From contig CAVPRW010000002.1 in NCBI GenBank assembly GCA_963707985.1, positions 32,001 through 96,000 of the forward strand: 64,000 bases of DNA, in the 5' to 3' direction. Below the pieces are notes generated by a model. The model worked only from the letters and a program-made list of their open reading frames with translations. It was not told where the DNA came from and searched no databases. The stretch is from an uncultured Nitrospinota bacterium (GTDB lineage Bacteria; Tectomicrobia; Entotheonellia; J063; CAVPRW01). Positions 31,453-42,129 of this stretch are shown piece after piece. Both the position numbers and the translations under genes were made by a program. How positions within the stretch are numbered: the stretch's first letter is position 1; the number at the start of each line of letters is the position of its first letter.

Positions 31453-32025
31453 CTAGGGGGCCACATTTCGAATCTCCGCTGCATACCGTGGCTCCGTTGT
31501 GCCCCCATCGTCATCGTTTTGTGCCCCTGCTCGTTGATGGCTGTCTTCGGCTTTTGCCGCTCGCCCCTTGCTAATCCGATATTCGAGTGATCCTACCGCC
31601 GCGAGAATAAGCAGCGTCAGCAACGTACTCAGCAACGCTACCCCCAGACTACCCAACCCGACAGCCACGCCGACGGCGGCCGTCATCCAAATGCCAGCCG
31701 CGGTGGTCAACCCCTGAATGTCGCGTTCTTCATTCAACTTGAGGATGGAACCGGCTCCAATAAAACCGATGCCAGTGGCAATCCCCTGAATAACTCGCGA
31801 GACACCCTCGGAAGACATACCCACACCAGAGCATGCTAACACGAAGACGGTCGTGCCGAGGGAGACTAGGATATGCGTGCGCAAGCCCGCTGGTTTACCC
31901 GCTCTCTCCCGCTCAATTCCCACAACCGCACCCAGCAGCGTGGCAACTATCAGCCGGATCATGACACGCACCAACTGCCTCGTATCGGGCAGCCCGGAAG
32001 TCAGTTCCTCCCAGAAAATATCCAT
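31453..32025 (-). CDS. mgtC: MgtC/SapB family membrane protein
   Basis: GIERE..KPAGLRTH, GIGFIGAG, GLTTAAGIW..AAVG motifs. Confidence 0.9.
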   Translation of the reverse strand: MDIFWEELTSGLPDTRQLVRVMIRLIVATLLGAVVGIERERAGKPAGLRTHILVSLGTTVFVLACSGVGMSSEGVSRVIQGIATGIGFIGAGSILKLNEERDIQGLTTAAGIWMTAAVGVAVGLGSLGVALLSTLLTLLILAAVGSLEYRISKGRAAKAEDSHQRAGAQNDDDGGTTEPRYAAEIRNVAP

Positions 32026-33008
32026 TATTAGCTCCCTCTCCTTTGATATGACTCCGTGTATTTCAGTAACCTCCTGCTAGGGTATATTGGTGGACTAACT
32101 CACGCATCGGGATGATCTAATTACAATCTTTCATATAACCATACGAACTCTGAATATTCACTCTAACATTGTCATCGTGAGTAAGACGACTTACATCTTC
32201 AACAATGTATGCTTTTATTATATGGATGATACGATTGATTATTTCGATTATATCTACGTTTGAATCACGTATTTTACTTATCAATCTTCAATAAAATTAT
32301 CTTATCCCAATCTACACGGATCTGTAGAGTTCATAGCAGCTTCGATGATTTCAGGTAATATCTTAAAAGGCACACAAGTAGGTCCGGAGCGCTGTGCCCG
32401 CACCCTATAACGTTCTCAACAAACTGCTGGGGAAGGTCCATCCAATCTCCCCTGAGGTCTCTGTATATCGTGATTTTTCAGTATCATACCACGAATCATA
32501 GCTTTATACCTCACGCGGTTCGGTGTCATCGCAGGTTGGGGTCGCAGCGGTAAGACCGCAGCGAGATTGATCTTTTGCCGCTCTTGAGAAAACGGCATGA
32601 GAAGTTCCGCAGCTCATTGCTCTACCTCGTGAGGTCCTACCACCATCTAACAGACCGGAAAGTATGTCCGCACCTCAACACCCCCAGAAGGCTGACCCAT
32701 CCTATAGACTTTAAAATGTCACGATACCTCTTGTCCTGCTTCGCACCAACATTCATCATAGAGGAACGTGTCTAGGTGTGATCCGCTAGATGGCCTTCTG
32801 CTCACCTTTTGGTTCTCGAATATAGGTGAACTTCCAGTGTTTGAAACTGCACAGCTCCTATACCTGCTAAATTGTACGCCGGATCATCTCCTTCTGGAGG
32901 ATGGAGCGCACGCCTGTTTAGCCTTACACGTCTGTCGCATGCGACGCGTCTCGCCGCAATCATCTATCTTTGCTATAGATCCAACAGCTTAGCCACAAAT
33001 GACTTGAA

Positions 33009-33024
33009 TGGTATCAACTTTGCT
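33009..33024 (+). promoter_or_regulatory. Possible sigma54 promoter upstream of the OYE/cytochrome cluster
   Basis: TGGTATCaactTTGCT with correct spacing, but about 560 nt from the next start codon. Confidence 0.35.
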
Positions 33025-33580
33025 CAAAGGGTAGTGACAAGCGATGTTAGTTCAGCAGCTAAAGCGCTCGTTCCGGCCACAGGAGCTGGGATGCAGGTAT
33101 GATCCCTAACCAAATGGGGTGCCGCTTGTGTGCATGGATGACCATCGGTAGCGGGCAGTAGCGGCGGTCGTGAATTTTGTCAAAGAACGGGCCTGGCGAC
33201 TATTCGCTTGCCCCTCATCCAGGTGTGCAAGGTACATCGTAACGTTAGGGAAAAGACCGTTCGAGCCGCTACAACCATTTTTTCATCGAGGCTTTTCACG
33301 TCTGTGATACAGTGCTTTTGCCTGTCAGCATGGAAATGTTGGGGCCTACGGCCATTGTTGAAAACCTCGGCCAGGATAGGGCCCTTCGGCTGTGCTCGGT
33401 ATTACGTTCGAGTCCTCCAAACGAGCCGACTCCTGAAGGCAACAAGTGCCAGAGTTGGCGGCATTGAGCGAGGACATGAGCTTCATTGAGGATTCTACGC
33501 ATGCCTGCGGTACCGATCCTGGCGATCAGGACGAGATCCCCCTGACTGAGTCCATGCAAAGCTTCTAAGGAGGTCAGGTC

Positions 33581-34930
33581 ATGGAAAACGATGTCATCTT
33601 CCAGCCGCTGCGGTTTCGCAACTTGACCGTCAAGAACCGTCTCTTCCGGTCAAACATCTCGGGTCGGTTCGATAACTACGATGGCTCAGGCACCCAGGCA
33701 CGCATCAACTGGGAGGAGAAGTTTGCGCACGGCGGTGTCGGGGCAATCCTCTCTTCCTTCTGCCCGGTCCACATCCGCGGACGGATCGTCCCCAACTACG
33801 CCATGATCGACGACGATGACAAGATCCCTTTCTGGCGCAAAGTCGGCGAGGCCGTCCATCGCCACGATTGTAAGTACATCCTGCAACTCAGCCACTCCGG
33901 CCGCCAGCGGGACATCCCCGGGGTCGAGAACTTCATGGAGAAGGCGCTCTCCTCCACAAATCAGAAGGACACCTTCCACGGCCTGCTGTGCGAAGCCATG
34001 ACGGTGGACCAGATCAAGGGCGTCGTCCGTCTATTCGCGAACGCGGCCAGGCGAGCCCGCGATGCTGGGCTGGATGGCGTGGAGCTCCACGCCTCCCATG
34101 GCTACCTGTTTACACAGTTCCTGAGTTCGGCGATCAATGACCGCAAGGACGAATACGGTGGCTCGTTGGAGAACCGGGCACGTTTTCTGCTCGACGTGAT
34201 AGAGGCGATTCGCCATGAGGTGGGGCATGATTTCCATCTCCAGGTCAAGATCAATGCGGTCGACTTCAACAACGCCCTCTTTCCCTGGGAGAAGAAGGGC
34301 AACACGCTGGAGGAATCGATCCACATTTGTCAGATGGTGGAGGCGGCTGGGGCCGACGCCATCCATGTCTCGATCGGCAGCATCTTTCCTCATCCCTTAT
34401 TGCCCCCGGGCGGTTTTCCTGTGGATGAGATCAATTGGTGGTATGGCAACGTCATCTCCAGCGGTGCCCGCGGCTACCTGAACTACACCCTATTCCACTT
34501 TAATCTCTTCCGACCGCTCTTCTCATTCCTGTGGAATCGCACCAAAAAGCGCCACCCCGTGGAGGGCGTCAGTGCTGAATACGCCAGGGAAGTGAAGAAA
34601 CACGTCAACATACCCGTGCTGAATACCGGTGGTTATCAGGATGCCCGCCTGATTCGCAAAGTGATCTCTGAAGGTTATACCGACGCGGTCTCCATCGCCC
34701 GTCCCCTGGTCGCGAACAACGACCTGCCCCGGATTCTGTTGTCAGGGCGAGACCTGCCCGAACAGCCCTGCTCCTTCTGCAACCGGTGTCTCGTCAACGC
34801 CCTTGCCAACCCTCTTGGTTGTTACGATGTCAGGAGATTCAAAGGGGATCGTGACGCCATGATTCAGGAGGTGATGTCGGTCTTCTCATCTCCCCCGCCC
34901 CTCGCCGCGGAGGTGACACCCCATGAGTAG
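33581..34930 (+). CDS. NADH:flavin oxidoreductase / Old Yellow Enzyme family with C-terminal CxxCxxC..C motif
   Basis: KNR, GVELHASHGYLFTQFLS, R.DEYGGSLENRARF, ARP, CSFCNRC..GC; AAGGAGG RBS. Confidence 0.92.
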   Translation: MENDVIFQPLRFRNLTVKNRLFRSNISGRFDNYDGSGTQARINWEEKFAHGGVGAILSSFCPVHIRGRIVPNYAMIDDDDKIPFWRKVGEAVHRHDCKYILQLSHSGRQRDIPGVENFMEKALSSTNQKDTFHGLLCEAMTVDQIKGVVRLFANAARRARDAGLDGVELHASHGYLFTQFLSSAINDRKDEYGGSLENRARFLLDVIEAIRHEVGHDFHLQVKINAVDFNNALFPWEKKGNTLEESIHICQMVEAAGADAIHVSIGSIFPHPLLPPGGFPVDEINWWYGNVISSGARGYLNYTLFHFNLFRPLFSFLWNRTKKRHPVEGVSAEYAREVKKHVNIPVLNTGGYQDARLIRKVISEGYTDAVSIARPLVANNDLPRILLSGRDLPEQPCSFCNRCLVNALANPLGCYDVRRFKGDRDAMIQEVMSVFSSPPPLAAEVTPHE

Positions 34931-36461
34931 CCGCACTCGCATCAAGACACGGGATGGAATCCTGATCGACGAGATCTATCAAAGCCCAGTCGACAGCTAC
35001 GAAGTACGATTCCGCAAGCTTTTCCTCCTGATCATCCTGTTGATTGCGGCGCTGATCATCGGCTATGTGATCTGGTCCGTCACGACTGATCGCCCAGTGG
35101 CGTATTCGAACATTACCGAGCATTTCAAGTATGGCTCCATCGGCAGCGAGCCGGGAGGCCCCCTGCTGAGCCCAGTTGGCGGGGTCCTGCCGCCTTATTG
35201 GGTGTTCAAGGTCCTGCCCGCCATCTGTCCTGACAAACTGCCAGGGGGATACGCGTCTCTCGGGTTCATCTATGAACCCGGGAGAGACTTGCCCATTGGC
35301 GTTTCCAGACGCCAGCGACTAGGTGTGGATCAGGTGGGACTGAATTGTGCCGTCTGCCATACGGGCACGGTCCGTGAGACGCCGACTAGCACAGCCCAGA
35401 TCGTGCTGGGCATGCCGGCCCATCAATTGGACTTACAGCGTCTGTTCGATGGCGTCCTCGGTTGCACGCTGGACGAGCGCCTGACCGTCGACAATCTGCT
35501 GGGGAAGATCAAGGAAAGTGGCGGCCACCTGGGGTTGATCGAAGGTCTCCTGTATCGAACCGCCCTGCTCAATCAGGTCAGAACGGCCAGCCTGCGGCAG
35601 CAAGGACGCAGTGGCGTGCTGTTGAGCGGCGCGGTGCCGGCCTGGGGGCGAGGCCGGGTCGACACCTTCAACCCTTACAAAGCCATCCAGTTCAATTGGT
35701 CGCTTGCGCAATTGCCCCCGGCGGAGCTGATCGGCGCGGCCGACCTGCCATCGTTATGGAACCAGCAGCCGCGGGAGGGCATGCAACTCCATTGGGACGG
35801 CAATAATAGCTCCGTAGACGAACGCAACCTGAGCGCAGCCCTGGGCGCTGGGGTCACACCTGTGACGGTCGACCATGACAACATCAAACGGGTCCGCGAC
35901 TGGATATGGACCCTTCCGCCACCGAAATACCCCTACGCCATCGATGCTAGTCGTGCGGCCAGTGGCCAGGCGATCTATGTACGACTTTGCGCCGAGTGCC
36001 ATAGCTTTGGCGGGAAGAGAACCGGCTCGGTCGTCGACATCAACGACATCGGCACTGATCCTCACCGTCTCAACTCTTACACCCATATCTTCGCGGCCAA
36101 TCAAGCGGACCTCTTCCCGGAGTCCCGGTATCGGTTTACGCATTTCCGCAAGACGCATGGCTACGCCAACCATCCACTCGACGGCATCTGGGCCCGCGCG
36201 CCTTACCTCCACAATGGCTCGGTACCCACGCTTTGGGATCTGCTGCAAAGCCCGGAGGACAGGCCCCGGCAGTTCAGCCGGGGATACGATGTTTACGACA
36301 AAGAAAAGGTCGGGTTCATCTCCGCTACGCCAGAAGCTAAACAAGCTGGCTCGCCTTACGATACCACCGTCCCCGGCAATGGGAATGGGGGCCACGTTTA
36401 TGGGACGCAGCTCTCCGACGAGGAGAAGCGGGCGTTGGTCGAGTACATGAAAACCCTGTAG
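34923..36461 (+). CDS. Membrane-anchored di-heme cytochrome c, RoxA/FadCCP/MauG-like
   Basis: N-terminal TM helix, CAVCH and CAECH, GRVDTF, LDGIWARAPYLHNGSVP, GNGNGGH motifs. Confidence 0.88.
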   Translation: MSSRTRIKTRDGILIDEIYQSPVDSYEVRFRKLFLLIILLIAALIIGYVIWSVTTDRPVAYSNITEHFKYGSIGSEPGGPLLSPVGGVLPPYWVFKVLPAICPDKLPGGYASLGFIYEPGRDLPIGVSRRQRLGVDQVGLNCAVCHTGTVRETPTSTAQIVLGMPAHQLDLQRLFDGVLGCTLDERLTVDNLLGKIKESGGHLGLIEGLLYRTALLNQVRTASLRQQGRSGVLLSGAVPAWGRGRVDTFNPYKAIQFNWSLAQLPPAELIGAADLPSLWNQQPREGMQLHWDGNNSSVDERNLSAALGAGVTPVTVDHDNIKRVRDWIWTLPPPKYPYAIDASRAASGQAIYVRLCAECHSFGGKRTGSVVDINDIGTDPHRLNSYTHIFAANQADLFPESRYRFTHFRKTHGYANHPLDGIWARAPYLHNGSVPTLWDLLQSPEDRPRQFSRGYDVYDKEKVGFISATPEAKQAGSPYDTTVPGNGNGGHVYGTQLSDEEKRALVEYMKTL

Positions 36462-36561
36462 GGGTGGTTCCCAATTGAGGGGAGAGCCCATTGGCGGCGT
36501 CGGGGTGCACTTGACGGCTCAGGTCACTCACATATCGAATCGGGCGCTTGAAGGAGAAACC

Positions 36562-36933
36562 ATGAACAAGTTCGCCGTGTGGTTTGGGCGCCTTGTATGG
36601 CTTGGCATCATTGCGAACTTCGTGCTGGCCATACCGGGCCTCGTTTGGCCGGAGCAACTCCTCGCATTCATCGGATTCCCTCCGGCGTCTCCGCTTCTGT
36701 GGCCGAGCTTTGCGTCGCTGCTGTTGATCTTGCTCAGCCTCTTCTATATGCCCGGCGCGGTGAACCCGTTCCATTACCGGGCCAACGCGTACCTGGCGGT
36801 GATCAGCCGATTGGCAGGGGTCATATTCTTCTTTGCAGGGCCTAGCACCTACTACCTGCTGGGCCTGTTTGATCTCGCCTTTGCCATTCCGCAAGCGATT
36901 TTCTTACTCCTAGCCCTGAAAACGGCCAAATGA
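36562..36933 (+). CDS. Small membrane protein (about 4 TM)
   Basis: AAGGAG RBS; four hydrophobic segments; lies between the two cytochrome genes. Confidence 0.8.
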   Translation: MNKFAVWFGRLVWLGIIANFVLAIPGLVWPEQLLAFIGFPPASPLLWPSFASLLLILLSLFYMPGAVNPFHYRANAYLAVISRLAGVIFFFAGPSTYYLLGLFDLAFAIPQAIFLLLALKTAK

Positions 36934-36940
36934 GGGAGCC

Positions 36941-38404
36941 ATGATGGCGACAGCGACTGGATGGCCATGGAGGAAAATTACCGCTGTGCTGATCGTCTTG
37001 GTGGTGCTGGCAGCTGTTGTGGGTTACGTGGGCTATGACAAATTCTTCCGCGAGGTTCCACCCCCGCATTTTGCCTCGGATGAAGAGCATTTTCTCTACG
37101 GTTCTATCGGGACCGAGAGCCTGACGGGCCTTCCCTATTGGATCTGGCTGGTGCTCCCGCGGCTCTTTCCCGAGTATCTGCCGGGACCTGGTGGATACGC
37201 GTCGCTAGGAATCCCCTGGCAGGAAGGCCACGAGATGCCGATTGGGTTCACCAAGGTGACAATTGGGTTTCCCCGTGTAGGCTTTAACTGCGCTTTTTGC
37301 CACACTGCGACCTGGCGGGCAAAACCCGAGGATCCCGCCACCATCGTTCCAACTGCCCCTTCGCACCAGGCAGCGGTGCAAAGTTACTTGCGCTTCCTCT
37401 TCGCTTGCGCCCGCGATCCACGCTTTACCGCAAAAAACATTCTCGCCGAAATCAACCGCAACTATAGCCTTTCCTGGGTCGATACCCAGCTTTACCGCTT
37501 TCTCATCATTCCCTTTAGCGGCATGGCTTTGCGTAAACAATCCCAGGAGAACGCCTGGATGGATACCCGACCGGACTGGGGACGTGGCCGGATTGACCCG
37601 TTCAACCCGGTGAAGTTTGGGTTTTTGAAGCTGCCTGTCGACGACACCATCGGGAACTCCGACATGGAGCCCGTCTGGAATCAGAAGGCACGCCAAGGCA
37701 TGTCGCTGCACTGGGATGGCCTGAACACCAATCACACCGAGGTGGTGTTGAGCTCAGCGCTTGGCGACGGGGCAACCCCAAAGTGGGTGGATCGCGATTT
37801 TCAGAACTGGCGCAACGGTTCCAGTCTGCAGCGCATTCAGAAGTATATGATGGAAGTTCAAGCGCCCAAATATCCGTTTCCCATCGATCAGCAACGAGCC
37901 GCCGCAGGAAAGAACATTTACGATCGGAACTGTGCCTTGTGCCACACCTTCGGCCAGCAGCGCAACGGCACAGTCATCCCGGTCAGTGAGGTGGGTACCG
38001 ATCGCCATCGGTTAGACATGTGGACGGCAGAAGCGGCACGGGCGTATAACGCTTACGGCCAAGGACATGCCTGGAAGTTCAATGCGTTTACGAAAACGTC
38101 GGGCTATGTGGCTGTGCCTCATGATGGCCTATGGCTGAGAGCGCCATACCTGCACAACGGCTCCGTGCCATCCCTCTGGGATCTGCTGGAAATTCCGGAG
38201 AAGCGGCCACAAGTCTTTTACCGTGGATACGACGTCTATGATCCACAGAAGGTGGGCTTTATCACGGAAGGACCCGACGCGGAGCGAGTGGGCTTCCGGC
38301 ATCAGACAAGCGTACCAGGCAATGGCAACGGCGGACATCTCTACGGCACGGACTTATCTCCCGCAGAGAAGGAGGCGCTCATCGAATATCTGAAAACCTT
38401 GTAA
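36941..38404 (+). CDS. Membrane-anchored di-heme cytochrome c, RoxA/FadCCP/MauG-like (paralog of 34923)
   Basis: TM helix, CAFCH and CALCH, GRIDPF, GLWLRAPYLHNGSVP, GNGNGGH motifs. Confidence 0.88.
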   Translation: MMATATGWPWRKITAVLIVLVVLAAVVGYVGYDKFFREVPPPHFASDEEHFLYGSIGTESLTGLPYWIWLVLPRLFPEYLPGPGGYASLGIPWQEGHEMPIGFTKVTIGFPRVGFNCAFCHTATWRAKPEDPATIVPTAPSHQAAVQSYLRFLFACARDPRFTAKNILAEINRNYSLSWVDTQLYRFLIIPFSGMALRKQSQENAWMDTRPDWGRGRIDPFNPVKFGFLKLPVDDTIGNSDMEPVWNQKARQGMSLHWDGLNTNHTEVVLSSALGDGATPKWVDRDFQNWRNGSSLQRIQKYMMEVQAPKYPFPIDQQRAAAGKNIYDRNCALCHTFGQQRNGTVIPVSEVGTDRHRLDMWTAEAARAYNAYGQGHAWKFNAFTKTSGYVAVPHDGLWLRAPYLHNGSVPSLWDLLEIPEKRPQVFYRGYDVYDPQKVGFITEGPDAERVGFRHQTSVPGNGNGGHLYGTDLSPAEKEALIEYLKTL

Positions 38405-38656
38405 GCGGAGCCTTGCCAGGTCGCTCATGTCCGTCGCCCCTTGAGTCCATGCAGGGCAGGAAGCTCGATAGAGGGGTGCCCCCAAGTGTGTGCCGTGTCG
38501 CAATGGCAAGTGACCCCTTCGACACTGATAGTCGGGCAAAGCAAGCAAGCTATCTGTCGCATGCGATTGATCTCTCCCGATGACCATGACGTGGCATTCA
38601 GCAGCCTGCCAGATCTGGGAGAGCGAGGAAACGGCTTTTAGAAAGAGGGTCCTGCT

Positions 38657-39085
38657 ATGCTTTCATCTATAATAAATTTTTTCGTAACTTCGCCATTCGT
38701 CATTAATTTTTTGCTCATAATCTTGATCATCTTGGATGTGGTCTTATCTGTCCTAGCTCTTCTGTTGCCAAACCTCTGGTTTAAGATATTCCACAATCAA
38801 CCGTATATCGATCCACAAGGGCTTCTCCGGCGAACTGGAGCAGTGTGGGTAGCTTTCACCCTATTGCAATTCATTGCATATATGAAATGGCCAGAACAAC
38901 CTTACTGGTTGGTTTTGATTGCGGGCGTTCGTCTGACAGAATTATTCTCTGATTGGACATACTTATATTTTTCCCAGAACATTACCCGAGTAGGGCGTAT
39001 CAGTCTCTGGATAGCTCCACCTGCGAATCTCGTGATGGGATGGTTTTTCATACAAAGTTTTTTGAGGCTCACCGAAGGGAAATAA
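38657..39085 (+). CDS. Small membrane protein (about 4 TM), AT-rich
   Basis: Hydrophobic ORF with LLRRTGAVW and VRLTELFSDW segments; same strand as the cluster. Confidence 0.75.
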   Translation: MLSSIINFFVTSPFVINFLLIILIILDVVLSVLALLLPNLWFKIFHNQPYIDPQGLLRRTGAVWVAFTLLQFIAYMKWPEQPYWLVLIAGVRLTELFSDWTYLYFSQNITRVGRISLWIAPPANLVMGWFFIQSFLRLTEGK

Positions 39086-39458
39086 GGTAGTGTTGCAGAC
39101 ATTGCTTGGATTGTGCGGAAGAAGCGCTCAGCCGCATCCGCATCACCCATCTTCTTCCATGGAAGCGCATACCATCGGGCTAATATGCAGGGATGGAAGC
39201 ACATGCTTACCCCTCTAAGGTGGCCGAGCCGAGAAAGCTCTGTTTCTCCCGTGACCTGACACTCCCCTCCTTTACAAGCTGATCCTGCTCAAAATGAGCA
39301 CGGTGATATCCCTGTTGGTGGGCTCATCCGGAGACGTCTTGGCCTGAGTGGCTCACACGGCAACCGCGAAGAAGGCTTCCAATGGTGGATCTCGGCATCC
39401 ATGACCTCAGCGGAATGGTGGATTCGCCCTGATGAGCACTTGCCAGCACAGGTACGGA

Positions 39459-40097
39459 TCACACGAGTCCCTTCGTCTGGGCGTATCGGAGGAGTGCTAT
39501 GCGACTGTCAACATGCAGTTTCTCATAGCTTCTGTGCAGATGAATTTTGACGGTGCCCTCGCTGATCGTCAGCTTGTTGGCAATTTCTTTATTGCGCAGA
39601 CCACTGGCTGCCAGGCGAACGATCTCGAGCTCGCGCGACGTCAGAAGTTGTGCAACCTCACGCATGCCAGCCTCACGCCGCAGCATTTTTTCCATCGCCC
39701 GGCCGATGGAGTGTCTTTCCAACCATTGGTCGCCCGCGTACACCTTGCGGACACATTGGATCAAGAGTGGCACTGCCATCTCTTTCAGGACGACCCCGCC
39801 CACCCCGAGACGCATCGCTTCCAGGAGGTTGTCTTCATCGATGGCCGCGGTCAGCAGGATCACGCGCGTGGGGAGCTTTAGTTGGTGCAGCTCACGGAGT
39901 ACCGCTAATCCGTCTTTGCCCGGCATCAGGATATCGAGGATCAAAACATCCGGCTGGAACTGGCACACGGCCTGCAGGGTTTCCTCCCCGTTTCGGCAGC
40001 CGGCGAGCACTTCAAAGTCGGGTTCCTGACGCAGGAGGAGCGTCAGGCCTTGGAGGATAGGGGGATGGTCATCAGCGAGTATTATACGTATTGACAT
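39459..40097 (-). CDS. NarL/LuxR family response regulator
   Basis: ILADDH, LILDILMP, LTSRELEI..GLRNKEIA..ISEGTVKIH. Confidence 0.93.
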   Translation of the reverse strand: MSIRIILADDHPPILQGLTLLLRQEPDFEVLAGCRNGEETLQAVCQFQPDVLILDILMPGKDGLAVLRELHQLKLPTRVILLTAAIDEDNLLEAMRLGVGGVVLKEMAVPLLIQCVRKVYAGDQWLERHSIGRAMEKMLRREAGMREVAQLLTSRELEIVRLAASGLRNKEIANKLTISEGTVKIHLHRSYEKLHVDSRIALLRYAQTKGLV

Positions 40098-40398
40098 CGT
40101 GTCCTCCAAGCCCACTCAGCGGCTGCTCCATCAAGGACCCAAGTCCCTGACAGCGACGCAACTTCATCTTCTCGACGACTCACAAATGGTTATGTCAACT
40201 ACTCTAGGATAGGCTCTCGGCGCCGACAATCTAGCAAACGATAGATTGTTGTACACCTTTAGATATAGACGGATGTAACCAGATAAATTGATATAATATA
40301 AGATATTACTGCATTCCCTTTGAAACTTTCGAGCTGGGATGCCCACCGCCATTGGCCCCGCTTTCGTAAGGCGCAATGCGCCAGAGCGCAGGCAGTCG

Positions 40399-42129
40399 TC
40401 ATAGGCGATGACTCCAGAGATGTGCCTCGTGCTCTCCAGCGGACATAAGCGGCAAGCAGATCACCAGGCAAGATCCGGACGCCGTCGAATCGAGGGCCAA
40501 GGTCCCTCCCAGCGACGCCACCCGATCCCTGAGCATCGCTGGCCCTAATTGTAAAGACATCAATGCCGGCAGGGCATAGTGACCACGGAAAGGAAAGCCG
40601 CGGCCGTTATCGGCCACGGTGATCCGCACGTGATCGTTTTGGCGTTCGATCTCGGCACGTACACTGGAGGCGCAAGCGTGGCGAGCAGCATTGACCAGCG
40701 CTTCATGGACGATATAGTAGATTTCGTGCGTCAGCTCAGTCGGAAGCTGCGATTCCGAGAGTTTGACAGCTAACTCTACGCGTAGGCCCCACTGGCGCTC
40801 GATCTGCTCACTTACCGCTTCCAGGCGGGTTACCAGGCTGAAATCGGCCGTGGAAGCTTGAAGTGTAGCCGATTTCAACTCTCGGACGAGGAATCGCAGG
40901 TCACGTTGCTCCTCAGCAATCAGACGCTGAATCTCAAGCAGGTGATCCCGGGCTGCGTGTAGGTTCTCTTCCAGCAGGCGGCGCACTGCCGCCATTTGCA
41001 AGCTCATCCCGGTCAATGATTGGAGCAAGCCGTCATGGAGGTTGCGTGCTAGACGGAGACGTTCCTCTGTGACCGCCGCTTGTTGCAGCCGCCGTGAGAG
41101 ATAGAACTGGTCCATGTCGGCGACCACCTGATGAGCGACAATGTCGCTTAACACTAACTCATCTGGCGTTAAGCGTCGCATATCGAGGAATAAAAGTCGC
41201 CCTTCAAATGTGGCTCCATGCAAGCGCGAGGAGAGGACGGGGCCAATAGCAAACCGCTTCTGCACACTGGAGTCAAGAGGCACGCCGTCCCAAGAGAGCA
41301 AGCCATCGGAGGATGTATAGAGGACTTTGGGGACCGGCACACGCACGTCTGGACTAAAAAAGCTTGCGTCGATGAACGGCTCGGCAACCAACCGATCGAT
41401 CGCATCGGGGGGCTCGCGGCTCAAGTGCAACGCGTTGTGAGACCATACCGCCAGGTGAATCCAGGGTTCTTCTGGCTCTTCCCAGAACATGAGCACCCTC
41501 GGGGCATGCAGGAGGTTGGCGGCGTGTGCCAGTTCGTTTTGGGCAAGAGCAGGGATCTCTCTGAAAGTACCGCGTGGCCATGCGGCGAGCTTGGTCATAT
41601 TGCTGTCCACTCGCCGCTTGTGGGCTCCCAGATAGCCCAGCAGTGCAGCTGCCAGAGCCAGGTAGACGGCACGAATGACGACGCGGTTCAGCACAAAGGC
41701 CGGATCGCGCACGAGCGTCGCCCCATAGACTCCCATGCCGACGAACATCGCCAGGGCTGCCACTGCGGTCCACAACGTTCCATGCCACCGCCAGCGTAGC
41801 GTGGCACATACTAACGAAAACACAAAATAGACGAAAAAGGGGCTGGAGGGACCTTCTGAAAGATAGATAAGAAGCGAGAAGAACGCCAGGTCAAGGACGT
41901 GTGTGGTAAGGCTCAGGCGTCGGAGGGATACAGCCGACTGCCATGCCAATAGGGCTAGAGCGAGTGCATAAACGACGTAGCAGGTCAATGAAGCATAGGC
42001 AACCCACGCGTACCTGGCAGGTTGGGACGGATCCAACCAAATGGCCAGCAGAGCTGCAATTGCCATCACCACTCGTGTTATGGCGATGAGCCGTTCAATG
42101 CGGCTCTGCTGGGGGGATTGCAAGCTCAT
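40399..42129 (-). CDS. Membrane sensor histidine kinase (HisKA_3)
   Basis: Multiple N-terminal TMs, ERLRLARNLHDGLLQSL, EALVNAARHA, DNGRGF. Confidence 0.92.
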   Translation of the reverse strand: MSLQSPQQSRIERLIAITRVVMAIAALLAIWLDPSQPARYAWVAYASLTCYVVYALALALLAWQSAVSLRRLSLTTHVLDLAFFSLLIYLSEGPSSPFFVYFVFSLVCATLRWRWHGTLWTAVAALAMFVGMGVYGATLVRDPAFVLNRVVIRAVYLALAAALLGYLGAHKRRVDSNMTKLAAWPRGTFREIPALAQNELAHAANLLHAPRVLMFWEEPEEPWIHLAVWSHNALHLSREPPDAIDRLVAEPFIDASFFSPDVRVPVPKVLYTSSDGLLSWDGVPLDSSVQKRFAIGPVLSSRLHGATFEGRLLFLDMRRLTPDELVLSDIVAHQVVADMDQFYLSRRLQQAAVTEERLRLARNLHDGLLQSLTGMSLQMAAVRRLLEENLHAARDHLLEIQRLIAEEQRDLRFLVRELKSATLQASTADFSLVTRLEAVSEQIERQWGLRVELAVKLSESQLPTELTHEIYYIVHEALVNAARHACASSVRAEIERQNDHVRITVADNGRGFPFRGHYALPALMSLQLGPAMLRDRVASLGGTLALDSTASGSCLVICLPLMSAGEHEAHLWSHRL

